A stretch of 64,000 bases of DNA from assembly GCF_055900595.2 (NCBI RefSeq), contig NZ_CM148325.1; one strand, written 5' to 3'. The translations under genes were made by a program, and so were the position numbers. The notes beneath the pieces are model-generated. The model made no database searches. It was given only the letters and a program-made list of their open reading frames with translations, and was not told the origin of the DNA. Positions 34,761-47,160 of the stretch are shown piece by piece. The first letter of the stretch is position 1. Every line of letters starts with the position of its first letter.

Positions 34761-35933
34761 ATGCTGAGCAGAGAGGACTTTTACATGATAAAGCAAATGC
34801 GCCAGCAGGGCGCGTACATTGTCGATATTGTGACTCAGATTGGTTGCTCTGAACGAACGGTCAGACGCTACCTCAAATACCCTGAACCGCCAGCCAGAAG
34901 GACCCGCCACAAAATGGTTAAGCTGAAACCGTTTATGGATTACATCGACATGCGCCTGGCAGAGAATGTCTGGAATAGCGCGGTTATCTTCGCGGAGATT
35001 AAGGCAATGGGCTATACGGGCGGACGTTCCATGCTGCGTTACTACATCCAGCCCAAACGTAAAATGCGTCCGTCAAAAAGAACAGTTCGCTTCGAAACTC
35101 AGCCAGGATACCAGCTCCAGCACGACTGGGGCGAAGTTGAGGTGGAAGTTGCCGGGCAACGGTGCAAAGTTAACTTTGCGGTTAATGCGCTGGGGTTCTC
35201 CCGCCGCTTTCATGTCTTCGCTGCCCCAAAACAGGATGCTGAGAATACCTACGAATCACTGGTTCGCGCCTTCCGCTACTTCGGTGGTTGTGTGAAAACG
35301 GTGCTGGTTGATAACCAGAAGGCTGCGGTGCTGAAGAATAACAACGGGAAAGTCGTGTTCAACTCCGGATTTCTGTTGCTGGCTGACCACTATAACTTCC
35401 TGCCACGGGCATGCCGTCCACGCAGGGCCAGAACAAAAGGTAAGGTTGAGCGGATGGTGAAATACCTCAAGGAGAACTTCTTCGTCCGGTACCGCAGGTT
35501 CGACAGCTTCACTCATGTCAATCAACAACTGGAGCAATGGATAGCCGATGTGGCTGACAAACGGGAGCTTCGTCAGTTCAAAGAAACGCCGGAACAGCGC
35601 TTCGCGCTGGAGCAGGAATATCTGCAGCCGTTACCGGATACGGACTTCGATACCAGTTACTTTGACATCCGCCATGTGTCCTGGGACAGCTATATCGAGG
35701 TTGGTGGTAATCGTTACAGCGTTCCCGAAGCGCTGTGTGGTCAGCCGGTATCGATACGAATATCGCTGGATGACGAGTTGCGGATCTACAGTAATGAGAA
35801 ACTGGTGGCCTCACATCGCCTCTGTTCGGCATCGTCTGGCTGGCAGACAGTGCCGGAGCATCACACCCCGCTCTGGCAGCAGGTCAGTCAGGTGGAACAT
35901 CGACTACTGAGTGCCTATGAGGAGCTGTTGTGA
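34761..35933 (+). CDS. istA: IS21 IstA transposase
   Basis: 390-aa ORF MLSREDFYMIKQMRQQGAYIVDIVTQIGCSERTVRRYLKYPEPPARR..., HTH plus DDE integrase core. Confidence 0.85.
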   Translation: MLSREDFYMIKQMRQQGAYIVDIVTQIGCSERTVRRYLKYPEPPARRTRHKMVKLKPFMDYIDMRLAENVWNSAVIFAEIKAMGYTGGRSMLRYYIQPKRKMRPSKRTVRFETQPGYQLQHDWGEVEVEVAGQRCKVNFAVNALGFSRRFHVFAAPKQDAENTYESLVRAFRYFGGCVKTVLVDNQKAAVLKNNNGKVVFNSGFLLLADHYNFLPRACRPRRARTKGKVERMVKYLKENFFVRYRRFDSFTHVNQQLEQWIADVADKRELRQFKETPEQRFALEQEYLQPLPDTDFDTSYFDIRHVSWDSYIEVGGNRYSVPEALCGQPVSIRISLDDELRIYSNEKLVASHRLCSASSGWQTVPEHHTPLWQQVSQVEHRLLSAYEELL

Positions 35934-36460
35934 TGCATGAGCTGGAAGTCCTGCTGAGTCGCCTGAAAATGGAGCATCTGAGTTATCACGTTGAAAGCCT
36001 GCTGGAACAGGCAGCTAAAAAAGAGCTGAACTACCGGGAGTTCCTGTGCATGGCGCTACAGCAGGAATGGAACGGCAGGCATCAGCGCGGTATGGAGTCC
36101 AGGCTGAAGCAGGCTCGTCTGCCGTGGGTCAAAACGCTGGAGCAGTTCGACTTTACCTTCCAGCCGGGCATCTACCGTAAGGTTGTCCGGGAACTGGCTG
36201 GTCTGGCGTTCGTGGAGCGCAGCGAAAACGTGATCCTGCTGGGACCTCCTGGTGTCGGAAAAACTCATCTGGCCATAGCTCTTGGCGTGAAAGCGGTGGA
36301 TGCGGGACATCGGGTACTGTTTATGCCACTGGACAGACTGATCGCGACACTGATGAAAGCGAAACAGGAAAACCGGCTGGAGCGTCAGCTACAGCAACTG
36401 AGTTATGCCCGGGTGTTGATCCTGGATGAAATAGGCTATCTGCCGATGAACAGAGAGGAT
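35930..36460 (+). pseudogene. istB: IS21 istB, truncated
   Basis: Walker A GPPGVGKTH and Walker B LILDEIGY present; remainder replaced. Confidence 0.6.
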
Positions 36461-36597
36461 GTCGGAAACGCCTTCATGCGAGGCGTCTCCTCACCGATGC
36501 GCGTGACTCAAGAAGGGCCTGACGGCTTGTCTCGTTACTGTCCTGTCCGGGTTATCTGTCTGGAGATTCAACTCTGTTTCCTCACAGGAGCTCTGTT

Positions 36598-37674
36598 ATG
36601 GCAGGTAAAGTTACGGAAACCGCTGTTGTGGGTGGCGTGGATATACATAAAGATCTGCACGTTGCCGCTGTCGTAGATCAGAACAATAAAGTTCTGGGGC
36701 CCCCGTTTTTCTCCACAACACGGCAAGGTTACCGGCAGATGCTGGCATGGATGGTTTCGTTTGGGGCATTAAAGCGAATTGGTGTTGAGTGTACAGGCAC
36801 CTATGGATCAGGTCTGCTTCGCTATTTACAGAATGCCGGGTTAGAAGTTCTTGAGGTGGCTGTGCCAGATCGGATGGAGCGACGCAAACGGGGTAAAAGT
36901 GACACGATTGATGCTGAATGTGCCGCTCACGCCGCATGCTCCGGAATAAGAACTGTCACACCCAAAACGCGCAATGGTATGATTGAGTCTCTGCGGGTAT
37001 TAAAAACTTGCCGAAAAACAGCAATATCAGCCCGCAGAGTCGCTCTCCAGATTAACCATTCCAATATTATCTCTGCCCCGGATGAATTACGTGAACAGCT
37101 CAGAAATATGACGCGCATGCAGCTCATCAGGACTCTGAGATCCTAGCGGCCTGATGCCAGTGAATAGCTCAATGTTACCAACGTTTATCGTATTTCATTA
37201 AAGTCCCTTGCCCGACGCTATCTCGAGTTACATGACGAAATCGCTGATTTGGATGTTATGATTGCGGCAATTGTGGATGAGCTGGCACCTGCACTGATTA
37301 AACGTAATGCTATTGGATACGAAAGCGCTTCACAGTTGCTGATCACTGCCGGAGACAATCCCCAACGATTAAGATCAGAATCAGGTTTTGCGGCACTGTG
37401 TGGTGTCAGCCCTGTTCCCGTATCTTCAGGAAAAACGAATCGTTATCGACTTAACCGGGGTGGAGATCGTGCTGCAAATAGTGCACTTCACATCATTTCC
37501 ATCGGACGTTTGCGAACTGACGATAAAACGAAGGAATATGTCGCCAGACGAGTAGCGGAAGGGCATACAAAAATGGAAACAATACGCAGCCTGAAGCGCT
37601 ATATCTCACACGAAGTTTATACATTACTGCGTAATCAAAACAGGCAGATCAACAGCACCCCGATAACTGCTTGA
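36598..37674 (+). pseudogene. IS110-family transposase, frameshifted
   Basis: 36598..37146 N-terminal (VGGVDIHKD...GVECTG); 37249..37674 C-terminal domain; ~100-nt gap between frames. Confidence 0.55.
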
Positions 37675-37681
37675 CTCTTAG

Positions 37682-37885
<204 letters not shown>

Positions 37886-38538
37886 TGAACTGAATTTACT
37901 TTGAAAAAATGTAAAAACATTTAAATCATAGCCAGAAGCCGCGATTATTCAGTGCTTCTCATTTTATATTTTCTGCAAATTTATATGTGGTATAAAATAA
38001 CACCCTTGTCATTCAGGTATAAAATATCATCATCGTACAGTAAAGGATATATAAATATAAAATTATACTATTCAAAATATGGTGCATTCTTATTCATGAT
38101 AGGAATACTTAGAACATCATTTTTTCATTGTAGACCATGATTTCGGATTTGAAAAGTTCCTTCCCCAGTAATCTCTAGTTTTTATTCTCAATTCAACCCA
38201 ACTCTTCCCTATACAAACTAAAAAACATTGTTCTATTGATAGATACTTCTCAGTAATCAGATAAAAAACTATAATATTGCTGTGCATGATGTACATATTT
38301 AAAATGTCATGAGTACATCCCTTTTATTTGAAAAACAAACTAAAAGAAATCACTTAAATAAAATGTTTTTATATCGTGGTATTTAAGAAAACTTATATCA
38401 AAAAATAAGATATTGACCTTTATTTAAAATTAGATTAGATTGCAAAGATAAGAATACGTGTGATTATTTCTTTAAACACCTGTAAAAATTTATTAGAGCA
38501 TAGTTATATTATTGAACATTGTATTGCTTAGGTAAGGT

Positions 38539-39798
38539 ATGCTGGTATCTAACTATAATTATGTAATCAGCCGTCGTCGTTTACTGCAAGGTGCGGGCGC
38601 CATGTGGCTATTGAGCGTAAGTCAGGTCAGCCTGGCTGCGGTCAGCCAGGTCGTGGCGGTACGCGTCTGGCCTGCGTCCAGCTACACCCGCGTGACGGTA
38701 GAATCAAATCGTCAGCTGCAATATAAGCAGTTCGCGTTAAGTAACCCTGAACGTGTGGTGGTGGATATCGAAGATGTAAACCTGAACTCGGTACTCAAGG
38801 GGATGGCGGCACAAATTCGTGCAGACGACCCGTTCATCAAGTCGGCGCGCGTCGGGCAATTTGACCCGCAAACCGTACGCATGGTTTTTGAATTAAAGCA
38901 AAACGTAAAACCGCAGCTGTTTGCCCTTGCGCCGGTCGCCGGGTTTAAAGAGCGTCTGGTGATGGACCTCTATCCGGCCAATGCACAGGATATGCAGGAC
39001 CCGCTGCTGGCGCTGCTGGAGGATTACAACAAAGGCGACCTCGAAAAGCAGGTGCCGCCAGCACAAAGTGGTCCACAACCGGGTAAAGCAGGGCGTGATC
39101 GTCCGATTGTCATTATGCTTGACCCCGGCCACGGTGGCGAAGACCCCGGTGCGGTGGGGAAATACAAAACACGCGAAAAAGACGTGGTATTGCAAATAGC
39201 TCGCCGTCTGCGCTCTCTGATCGAAAAAGAGGGTAATATGAAGGTGTACATGACGCGCAATGAAGACATCTTCATTCCGTTGCAAGTGCGTGTAGCAAAA
39301 GCACAGAAACAACGTGCTGACCTTTTTGTTTCTATCCATGCTGATGCCTTTACCAGTCGCCAGCCGAGCGGTTCTTCCGTGTTTGCGCTTTCGACCAAAG
39401 GCGCGACAAGTACTGCGGCAAAATATCTGGCACAAACCCAGAACGCCTCGGACTTGATTGGCGGCGTGAGCAAAAGCGGTGACCGCTATGTCGACCACAC
39501 CATGTTCGATATGGTGCAGTCTCTGACCATTGCCGACAGCCTGAAGTTGGGTAAAGCGGTGCTGAATAAGCTCGGTAAAATCAACAAGCTGCATAAAAAT
39601 CAGGTTGAACAGGCCGGGTTTGCCGTGCTGAAAGCACCTGATATTCCCTCCATTCTGGTCGAAACGGCGTTTATCAGTAACGTTGAGGAAGAGCGCAAAC
39701 TGAAAACGGCAAGATTCCAACAACAAGTGGCAGAATCTATCCTAGAGGGAATTAAAGAGTATTTTTCGGATATAGACGCGTTAGCGAGAAAAGCATAA
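38539..39798 (+). CDS. amiC: N-acetylmuramoyl-L-alanine amidase AmiC (Tat-exported)
   Basis: 419-aa ORF; twin-arginine signal [27 protein letters not shown] domain and amidase_3 catalytic domain; sequence recognised as E. coli AmiC apart from the first ~10 residues. Confidence 0.85.
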   Translation: MLVSNYNYVISRRRLLQGAGAMWLLSVSQVSLAAVSQVVAVRVWPASSYTRVTVESNRQLQYKQFALSNPERVVVDIEDVNLNSVLKGMAAQIRADDPFIKSARVGQFDPQTVRMVFELKQNVKPQLFALAPVAGFKERLVMDLYPANAQDMQDPLLALLEDYNKGDLEKQVPPAQSGPQPGKAGRDRPIVIMLDPGHGGEDPGAVGKYKTREKDVVLQIARRLRSLIEKEGNMKVYMTRNEDIFIPLQVRVAKAQKQRADLFVSIHADAFTSRQPSGSSVFALSTKGATSTAAKYLAQTQNASDLIGGVSKSGDRYVDHTMFDMVQSLTIADSLKLGKAVLNKLGKINKLHKNQVEQAGFAVLKAPDIPSILVETAFISNVEEERKLKTARFQQQVAESILEGIKEYFSDIDALARKA

Positions 39799-39959
39799 TT
39801 TAAAAATGTTTAATATTCTATGTTCTCGGTCATATTTTATTAATTTGGATGAATATATGCTGTTAGTGCTGTATTCTCCGTTTGGATACACCTTTACCTT
39901 AGCGATATAGTTGTGTTATTCATATATAAATATGCCCCGTTTTAATTCCATGCATTTTT

Positions 39960-40700
39960 ATATCTTGGTCAAATAATGGTGTCGTCGATATTCTTCCAGC
40001 GTCTTATTGTTCAGTGATTCATGTGTGCGTTCATAGCTATATTCTGATAACCATTTCTCCGTAATTTCTAGAACTTCATTCAGCGTTCTGAACAGATAAA
40101 AATCGAGTATTTCTGTACGGTGTGTCCTGTTAAAACGCCCAATAAAAGCGTTCTACGTCAGCTTACCCGGCTGGATAAACTCCCGTTTTACTGCGTGTAT
40201 ATCAGCCCATTCAGCCAGCGTTAGAGAGATAAATTCCGAACCATTATCTATGCGCAGCATGACCGGATAACTGCGATTTGCCGCGAACCTGCTGCCTCAG
40301 AACCTGAAAAAGTTTTGAAAAACCGTATCGAGGATATCGCTCGTCCACTGCCTGCACCACCACAATAACGGGGTCGTACCACGTGGTATCCGGACGGTAA
40401 TGGGAAACCGTTCTGCTCTGGTTCAGACTCCGGCAGGCCTGATGGACACTGAGTCCAAATGTCGTTATCTGATGAGTAACAAGCTCACGCTTACAGGCTG
40501 GTTTTAAAGCTTTTTTCGATAATGTCTTTCAATGCCGGTTCTCTAGGCTAAGGTCGGCAAGCATCTGTTTTGGACGTCGGTTCTCGTCCTCAAGATCCTC
40601 GTTCTTTTTAATATCAGGTGACTCTATGCATCGTATCTGGGCTTCCAGTTCATGGAATGGAGTACCCCCTCCTTTTGCGGTTAACTGTACGAAATGCACT
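39960..40700 (-). pseudogene. Degenerate IS3-family transposase remnant
   Basis: Reverse-strand translation gives integrase-core-like stretches (...FIQPGKLT.NAFIGRFNRTHRTEILDFYLFRTLNEV...) broken by several stops; no ORF >60 aa. Confidence 0.3.
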
Positions 40701-40720
40701 CACTCAGCAGGGGAATCACA

Positions 40721-41249
40721 ATGAATATCGTATTCCTGGGTATTGATCTGGATAAAAATATCTTTCAGCTCTGCGGGTTAAATTAGGTCGGTAATCCGGT
40801 TTATTCAAAACGTATTGGCCGAAAAGAATTACTCCAAATAGTGGCGAATATTCCGGCCTTCCTAATTGATGTAGGGCATCCACATGGGAATTTTACTGGC
40901 AGAGTGAATTTAAAAAACTGGGGCATAACGTAAAGGTCCTCAACCCACAGTATGTAACTCCCTTTGTCTGTGGGCAAAAAATGACGGTAATGATGCACAG
41001 GCCATCGCAGTGCTTCTGATGTAACCGACAATGCTGTTCATGCCTCCAAAAAGCTCGGAACAACAGGATATCTACGCTTTGCACCGGGCAAGGCAGCATA
41101 TTGTTAATGTGACCGTTTGTCAAATCAGGGGACTGTTGCTTGATTGGGGAATAACTATCGGCGCGGTAGTTTCAAGAGATCGTCGTGCTATGTCAACGCC
41201 AAGATTATTGGCCGTTTTGGGGATGCGGACGATTTCCTGGACTTCTTTA
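40721..41249 (+). pseudogene. IS110-family transposase remnant
   Basis: Starts MNIVFLGIDLDKNIF..., later ...PPKSSEQQDIYALHRARQHIVN...; multiple stops. Confidence 0.35.
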
Positions 41250-42154
41250 TTATTCCAGCCTACATTGTTGGCGGTACATTTCAGGGCTGTCTTCACCCAG
41301 CGATAATTTTATACGCCGCTCGTTATACCCTCTGATGTAAGCATCCACATGCTGCATGAACTTTTCCGGCATGATGCCCGACCATTTACGCCCATAATAC
41401 ATTTCCGTTTTCAGTCTGCCGAAAAAGCCTTCGCATGCGGCATCATCCTTACGGGACATTGAGTGAATAAGACCTGCGGCATTAACTCTTTCCAGCCAGC
41501 CTGGCCAGCGATAATGCCCACCTCTGCCACTGTGTATCATCGGTCGTTCGCCAGCATTTAACGTTTTGACAGCGTTATCCAGCATAGCGTTAACCAGTTC
41601 TGCGTCGGGGCGTGTACTGAGAGACCAGCTCACAACTTTTCCATCGAAGCAGTCCACCACCTGTGACAGCCAGACTTTTCCTGCAGGAAGCTGGAACTCC
41701 GTTATATCTGTCAGCCATTTCTGATTAGGTTGATCCTCCTTAAAATCTCTGGCGATAAGGTTATCCGGATCCGGTCCGATTTCTCCGCAATATGAGCTGT
41801 AGCGGCGACGACGGTTACGGCTGACGACAAGCTGTTCCTTCACCATAAGTCTGCTTACAACCTTTTCTGATAGCTGACCCCCTCATGCCTGAGCATCGCA
41901 TGCAGGCGACGATAGCCATAACACTGGTAATTACTGTTAACTATATCTGTCAGCATCGTACGTATCGTGGCGTATTTATCACCGGCTTTCAGTGCAGCCC
42001 GGTGATAAAAATAACTGCTACGGGCAAGCCCCAGAACATGCAGTAATTCTGTCAGGGGATATGTTTGTCTCAGGGCATCAGCGATATTTGTTTTTTCTCT
42101 GTTGTTTAGGTGACTGATACTGATGCCCGGGTCTAATGAGATGGTCACCCCCAC
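41250..42154 (-). pseudogene. IS3-family orfB (integrase core) without a recognisable orfA
   Basis: Two adjacent frames, 41855..42154 (N-part, ...YGYRRLHAMLRHEG...) and 41250..41846 (DDE core, ...WLTDITEF...HSGRGGHY...). Confidence 0.5.
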
Positions 42155-42189
42155 CCTGTGAGCGGTACGCTGACAGGGTGGGTTATTTT

Positions 42190-43190
42190 AGAGGGCACCA
42201 TCATGTAAAACGTTGCGCTTATTGGTATCGATCTCGGTAAACATTCTTTCCATATTCATTGTCAAGATAAATCTGGCAATGCGCTTTTGCGTAAAAAGTT
42301 TACGCGTACGAAGCTGATGCAGTTTCTGGCAACATGTCCATCCTCAGTAGTTGTTATGGAAGCCTGCGCTGGTACGCATTTTATGGCCCGGCGTATCAGC
42401 GACATCGGTCATGAAGAAAAACTTATCTCTCCGTAATTCGTGCGTCCGTTTGTCAAAGGTATAAGAATGATTTTATTGATGCAGAAGCCATATGCAAAGC
42501 GGCTTCACGACCATCAATGCGTTTTGTCCAGCCCAGAACAGAAACCCAGCAGGCAATGAGGGCATTACATCGGGTCAGAGAATCGCTCATCAGAGATAAG
42601 GTGAAAAAAAACAACCAGATCCACGGTTTCTTGCTGGAATTTGGAATCAGACTGCCGACAGGGGATGCCGCAATAAAATGGTTATCTCTGGCGTTAGCTG
42701 AACACGAAATACCTGAATATCTGAGTCGCTTGCTGATGAAATTACATGCTCACTATCTTTATCGTATTGAGCAAATAACAGAACTGGAATCAGAGTTAAA
42801 CCAGTCAATCAAAGCTGACGCTACTGTGCAACGAATCATGACAATCCCCGGTGTTGGGCCGATGACGGCCAGCCTGCTATCATCCCAGCTTGGTGATGGT
42901 AAACAATTTTCGTGCAGTAGGGATTTTGCAGCATCCACAGGACTTGTTCCCCGACAATACAGTACCGGTGGTAAATCAATGCTGCTGGGGATCAGCAAAC
43001 GAGTCGGTTACTTGTTCTGTACGCCCGCTCGTTCATGATGCGGCTGGAGCATCAATAGGGCAGAGTTGCTGAATGGGTTCAAAAGCAACTCGACAATAAG
43101 CATTCAAATATTGTCGCCTGCGCTCTGGCAAATAAACTGGCCCGAATAGCCTGGGCAATCACTGCTCTGCACAAAGAATATCAGGCCTGA
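42190..43190 (+). pseudogene. IS110-family transposase, frameshifted
   Basis: N-terminal ...ALIGIDLGKHSFHIH...VVMEACAGTHF... in one frame, then 42517..43038 (...IPGVGPMTASLL...) in another; C-terminal tail NKLARIAWAITALHKEYQ. Confidence 0.5.
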
Positions 43191-43440
43191 TATAGATACT
43201 GACAAAACTCAATTAGCTTATTTTAAAAAATAAGATACAAGTTACCTGTCTGGTTTTGCGAAGACTGATTATTGATGACATGAACGGCAAATAGACCTGA
43301 TTAAAAACCTGACAGAAAAAATGGCTCACTGAAGCCGAGGGTCTTTTTAGGATTATCAGGTGCGGAACTCATCGAGGCGCGGGTCTCCTTGTCCACAGAG
43401 ACGCCGGATAGATTTAAGCAAGCCCACCATTAATCAAAAA

Positions 43441-44057
43441 TCAGTGTAGCAAAAACGGGGGTGACCATAGATTTTTTATGATTTTCTCCGCTTTTTTCAG
43501 AATATCCAGTTCCATCTGCCGGCGGCGTATTTCCTGATTCAGTCGGGCGACTTCCTCCCGCAACGCATCGCGTTCTGCCTCCAGGGAAGGTTCGTTATGT
43601 TTACGCATAGTCTGGTAAGCACTGTTGCCGATAATTTCATCTTTCCATTTATACAATACCGCACGACTGACACCAATACGCCTAGAGATTTCACTGGCTG
43701 ATATTTGTCGTGTACAGAATGCCATGACAGCCTGACGTTTGACTTCTGGTTCAAAGGGCGCAACCGGACTGGTCTTACTGGTAAATATACGTCGTCTGCC
43801 GGGGTAACGTTCATTAACCCAGCGAGCGAGCACATCGGTACAGGGATAACCCAGAGTTCTACTGGTAAACGCTAGGCAGCAGCCGTGGTTAAGATAATGT
43901 TCAACGGCAACTTGTTTTTGCTCATCTGTGTAACGGGGCTTATGGCGAATGGATTCTTTTGCTCCGCCACCTGATTCCTATGAACGGATCCAACGCCGCA
44001 GATTTCTTTTCGAAGGGTAGCCCAGTTCGCGTACGACGGGAGCCAGCTTCTTACCAT
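43441..44057 (-). pseudogene. IS3-family orfA-like HTH fragments
   Basis: ...ISASEISRRIGVSRAVLYKWK... plus coiled-coil ...ERDALREEVARLNQEIRRRQMELDILKKAEKI... Confidence 0.4.
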
Positions 44058-44059
44058 TG

Positions 44060-45300
44060 ACTAGTCTTGGTATAAGTTGACACTTTTCTGTCTGTAAAAC
44101 GCCTGATGAACGTCATAGGGCGTTTTGTATTTCAGAGCCAGGTGTGGCCGCTCATGGTTATAAATTGCCACGGACTCTTGGACCATTTCCCGGGCCTGAG
44201 CCAGGTCTGCAGGACGCGAGAGTAAAAACTCATTTTTCAGGGTACCATTTATTCACTCAGCCAATGCTGGTAGCAGTCATAACCATCAGTCATTGAACAG
44301 GTTATTTCATTTCTTTCATGAACTGACTGATAGAGCGCTGAACAGTATTGCAGCCCCTGCCAGAATGATGCACCAGGGGACTCGTCGTTTTTCTCAGCTT
44401 CAGCACCTGTCTGAACGCTTTTACCACATTTTCTGTCTGCAGGTTTTCCCCAACATGGTAGCCCATAATTTTTCTGGAGCAGGCATCGGTGACCAGACTC
44501 AGATAGGCCGAACTATTGCGCAGTGGAAGGTAAGTAATATCGGCGACCCGGACCTGTTCTGGTTCAAGAGCAGTAACCTGTTCAGGGCCTGGTTTAAGCA
44601 GGTTTGGATGTCGGTAGAAGCGATGATGGCTGTTGGTAGTTTTGTGATATGACCGTTTTACTGGCACCAGGAGTCGGTATTCATCGGGCAGGTTAAACAG
44701 GCGGTCTCGCCCGATATTCAGCCTTTTATCGGCCTGAGTGTTCAGCAGATAGTGCAGCTTACGCGCACCGATTCGGGGCTGACGACATCTGACACGGGCA
44801 ACAAAATCAAGAACCTGAGCATGATGTTCCTGCCGTTTTCTGCGCCTTGCATTGTCCTGATACCATGCCTGTCTGCTGTGTCCCAGGAACAGACTGCACG
44901 CGTCACAGTTATTTTGGGGACCGGACTTTGCGCGAGGACTTGCCGGGCCGCTTTTTACGATACTCACCCCGTAATCATTTTTCAGGACATTGATAACTGA
45001 CTCAAAAAACGTAGCTTTCTGGTTCGCCAGCTCAAGCTACGTTTCAAGTTCCCTGATTCTTTGCTCGGGTGTGAGCGGGATAGTTGTCTGAGTCACAGGC
45101 AGTTTCCTCTTCACCAGCTCAGGAAGTCCAGGATATTTACGTAACCAGACAAGAACGGTGGAGCGCCCCTGAATGCCATACCGCTGCTGGGCCTGTTTAT
45201 AAGTCATCTCGCCTTTTTCAACCTGCTCAACAACAGCTATTTTAAAGGATAGAGGATAATCACGTTGGGTGCGTTTGAGCTAAGTCATCATTACGTTCTC
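44060..45300 (-). mobile_element. IS3-family element with frameshifted orfA/orfB
   Basis: orfA-like (...IAVVEQVEKGEMTYKQAQQRYGIQGRSTVLVWLRK...) at ~45000-45300 and orfB-like (44302..44967 plus C-terminal pieces) with stops; boundaries approximate. Confidence 0.45.
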
Positions 45301-45535
45301 CGGATTTAAGTAGGAACGTGTCAACGCTATTCAGGACGGGTCACATATTTGAAATAAAGCTCAATGGCGCGGATTTTTTCTTCTTCAGTAAACATGTTTC
45401 ATCTCCTGAGAGTCCAGGAAATCGTCCGCATCCCCATTACTGTCTTATATCATTGGCGCTGACAGCTATTCTGCTGAGCCTTGAGGATGCATAAACGGGT
45501 TAAGAGCTTGTATGTGCAGAACGATAGCGGAACTA

Positions 45536-46688
45536 AATAGCTGCGCGGAATAGTAGATCACTTTGAGGGAGCTCAGCCTGGATTGTGCGATCTGATCAAT
45601 CGCCAAATCAAAACAAATCACCAACCGGACTGAGCAATGCCGATCATAGCACCAATTTCCCGTGACGAACGACGCCTGATGCAGAAAGCCATCCATAAAA
45701 CACACGATAAAAATTATGCCCGCAGACTGACTGCCATGCTGATGCTGCACCGGGGCGACCGTGTCAGCGACGTTGCCAGAACGCTCTGCTGCGCCCGTTC
45801 CTCTGTTGGATGTTGGATTAACTGGTTCACGCAGTCGGGTGTTGAGGGACTGAAATCATTACCTGCCGGGCGAGCCCGTCTCTGGTCGTTTGAGCATATC
45901 TGCACACTGTTACGTGAGCTGGTAAAACATTCTCCCGGCGACTTTGGCTACCAGCGTTCACGCTGGAGTACAGAACTGCTGGCAATAAAAATCAATGAGA
46001 TAACCGATTGCCAGTTAAATGCCGGAACCGTTCGCCGCTGGTTGCCGTCTGCGGGGATTGTGTGGCGAAGGGCTGCGCCAACTCTGCGTATCCGTGACCC
46101 GCATAAAGATGAAAAGATGGCAGCAATCCATAAAGCACTGGACGAATGCAGCACAGAGCATCCGGTCTTTTATGAAGATGAAGTGGATATCCATCTTAAT
46201 CCCAAAATCGGTGCGGACTGGCAACTGCGCGGACAGCAAAAACGGGTGGTCACGCCGGGACAGAATGAAAAATATGATCTGGCCGGAGCGCTGCACAGCG
46301 GGACAGGTAAAGTCAGCTATGTGGGCGGCAACAGCAAAAGTTCGGCGCTGTTCATCAGCCTGCTGAAGCGGCTTAAAGCGACATACCTTCGGGTGAAAAC
46401 CATCACACTGATCGTGGACAACTACATTATCCACAAAAGCCGGGAAACACAGCGCTGGTTGAAGGAGAACCCGAAGTTCAGGGTCATTTATCAGCCGGTT
46501 TACTTGCCATGGGTGAATCATGTTGAACGGCTATGGCAGGCACTTCACGACACAATAACGCGTAATCATCAGTGCCGCTCAATGTGGCAACTGTTGAAAA
46601 AAATTCGCCATTTTATGGAAACCATCAGCCCGTTCCCCGGAGGCAAACATGGGCTGGCAAAAGTGTAGTGGTATTAGGCGCAGCTATT
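45536..46688 (+). mobile_element. IS630
   Basis: Exactly 1153 bp between terminal inverted repeats AATAGCTGCGC.../...GCGCAGCTATT, flanked by TA on both sides within a C-TA...TA-G context (CTAG target, TA duplication). Confidence 0.9.
45637..46668 (+). CDS. IS630 transposase
   Basis: 343-aa ORF MPIIAPISRDERRLMQKAIHKTHDKNYARRLTAMLMLHRGDRVSDVARTL..., Tc1/mariner-type DDE transposase. Confidence 0.9.
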   Translation: MPIIAPISRDERRLMQKAIHKTHDKNYARRLTAMLMLHRGDRVSDVARTLCCARSSVGCWINWFTQSGVEGLKSLPAGRARLWSFEHICTLLRELVKHSPGDFGYQRSRWSTELLAIKINEITDCQLNAGTVRRWLPSAGIVWRRAAPTLRIRDPHKDEKMAAIHKALDECSTEHPVFYEDEVDIHLNPKIGADWQLRGQQKRVVTPGQNEKYDLAGALHSGTGKVSYVGGNSKSSALFISLLKRLKATYLRVKTITLIVDNYIIHKSRETQRWLKENPKFRVIYQPVYLPWVNHVERLWQALHDTITRNHQCRSMWQLLKKIRHFMETISPFPGGKHGLAKV

Positions 46689-46699
46689 TAGATGATCTC

Positions 46700-47160
46700 T
46701 TTAACGATCTCGGTCGTAGTATAAACTTTTTTGATAAATAAATAGAGACCTGTCCAGGCAATCTGAATGCTGTCAGCGTATTGCAAAAGCTAAAGGCATT
46801 GGTCCTGAAATTGTCACGAGCGTTGTTGCTGTTATTATTGGCAAAGGCACTGAATTTAAGAATGATCGTCACTGTGCTGCATGGCTTGGTCTGCTTCCAT
46901 GCCTGCACTAGAGTTGCTGCAGGTAAGTTCTCATGAATATAACGAAAAAAGGCGACAAGCATCTGCAAACACTTTTTATTCATGGCGTCCGTGCTGTCGT
47001 TAGAGTTGCTACGAATAATAATGATGTATACCTAAATCAGTGGGTTAAGCAGTTAAAGGAGAGTCGCGAATTTAATAAAACTACTGTGGAGATTGCTAAC
47101 AAATACGCGAGAATAATCTGGTCGATGCTGATAAATGATACAGAATATCAGGCAGTGTGA
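46700..47160 (+). pseudogene. IS110-family transposase C-terminal remnant (IS630 is inserted beside or within it)
   Basis: ...GIGPEIVTSVVAVIIGKGTEFKNDRHCAAWLGLLP... and 46933..47160 ...TTVEIANKYARIIWSMLINDTEYQAV. Confidence 0.4.

Larger units (their letters stand above)
34660..36460 (+). mobile_element. IS21, 3'-truncated
   Basis: Left terminus TGTCAGCGCCAG at 34660; istA intact; istB diverges from IstB-like sequence after ...DEIGYLPMNRE (~36457), where an IS110-family element begins. Confidence 0.65.

Noticed and set aside
46015-46521. 168-aa ORF antisense within IS630
   Set aside because: Fully contained opposite the intact IS630 transposase gene; no independent support.
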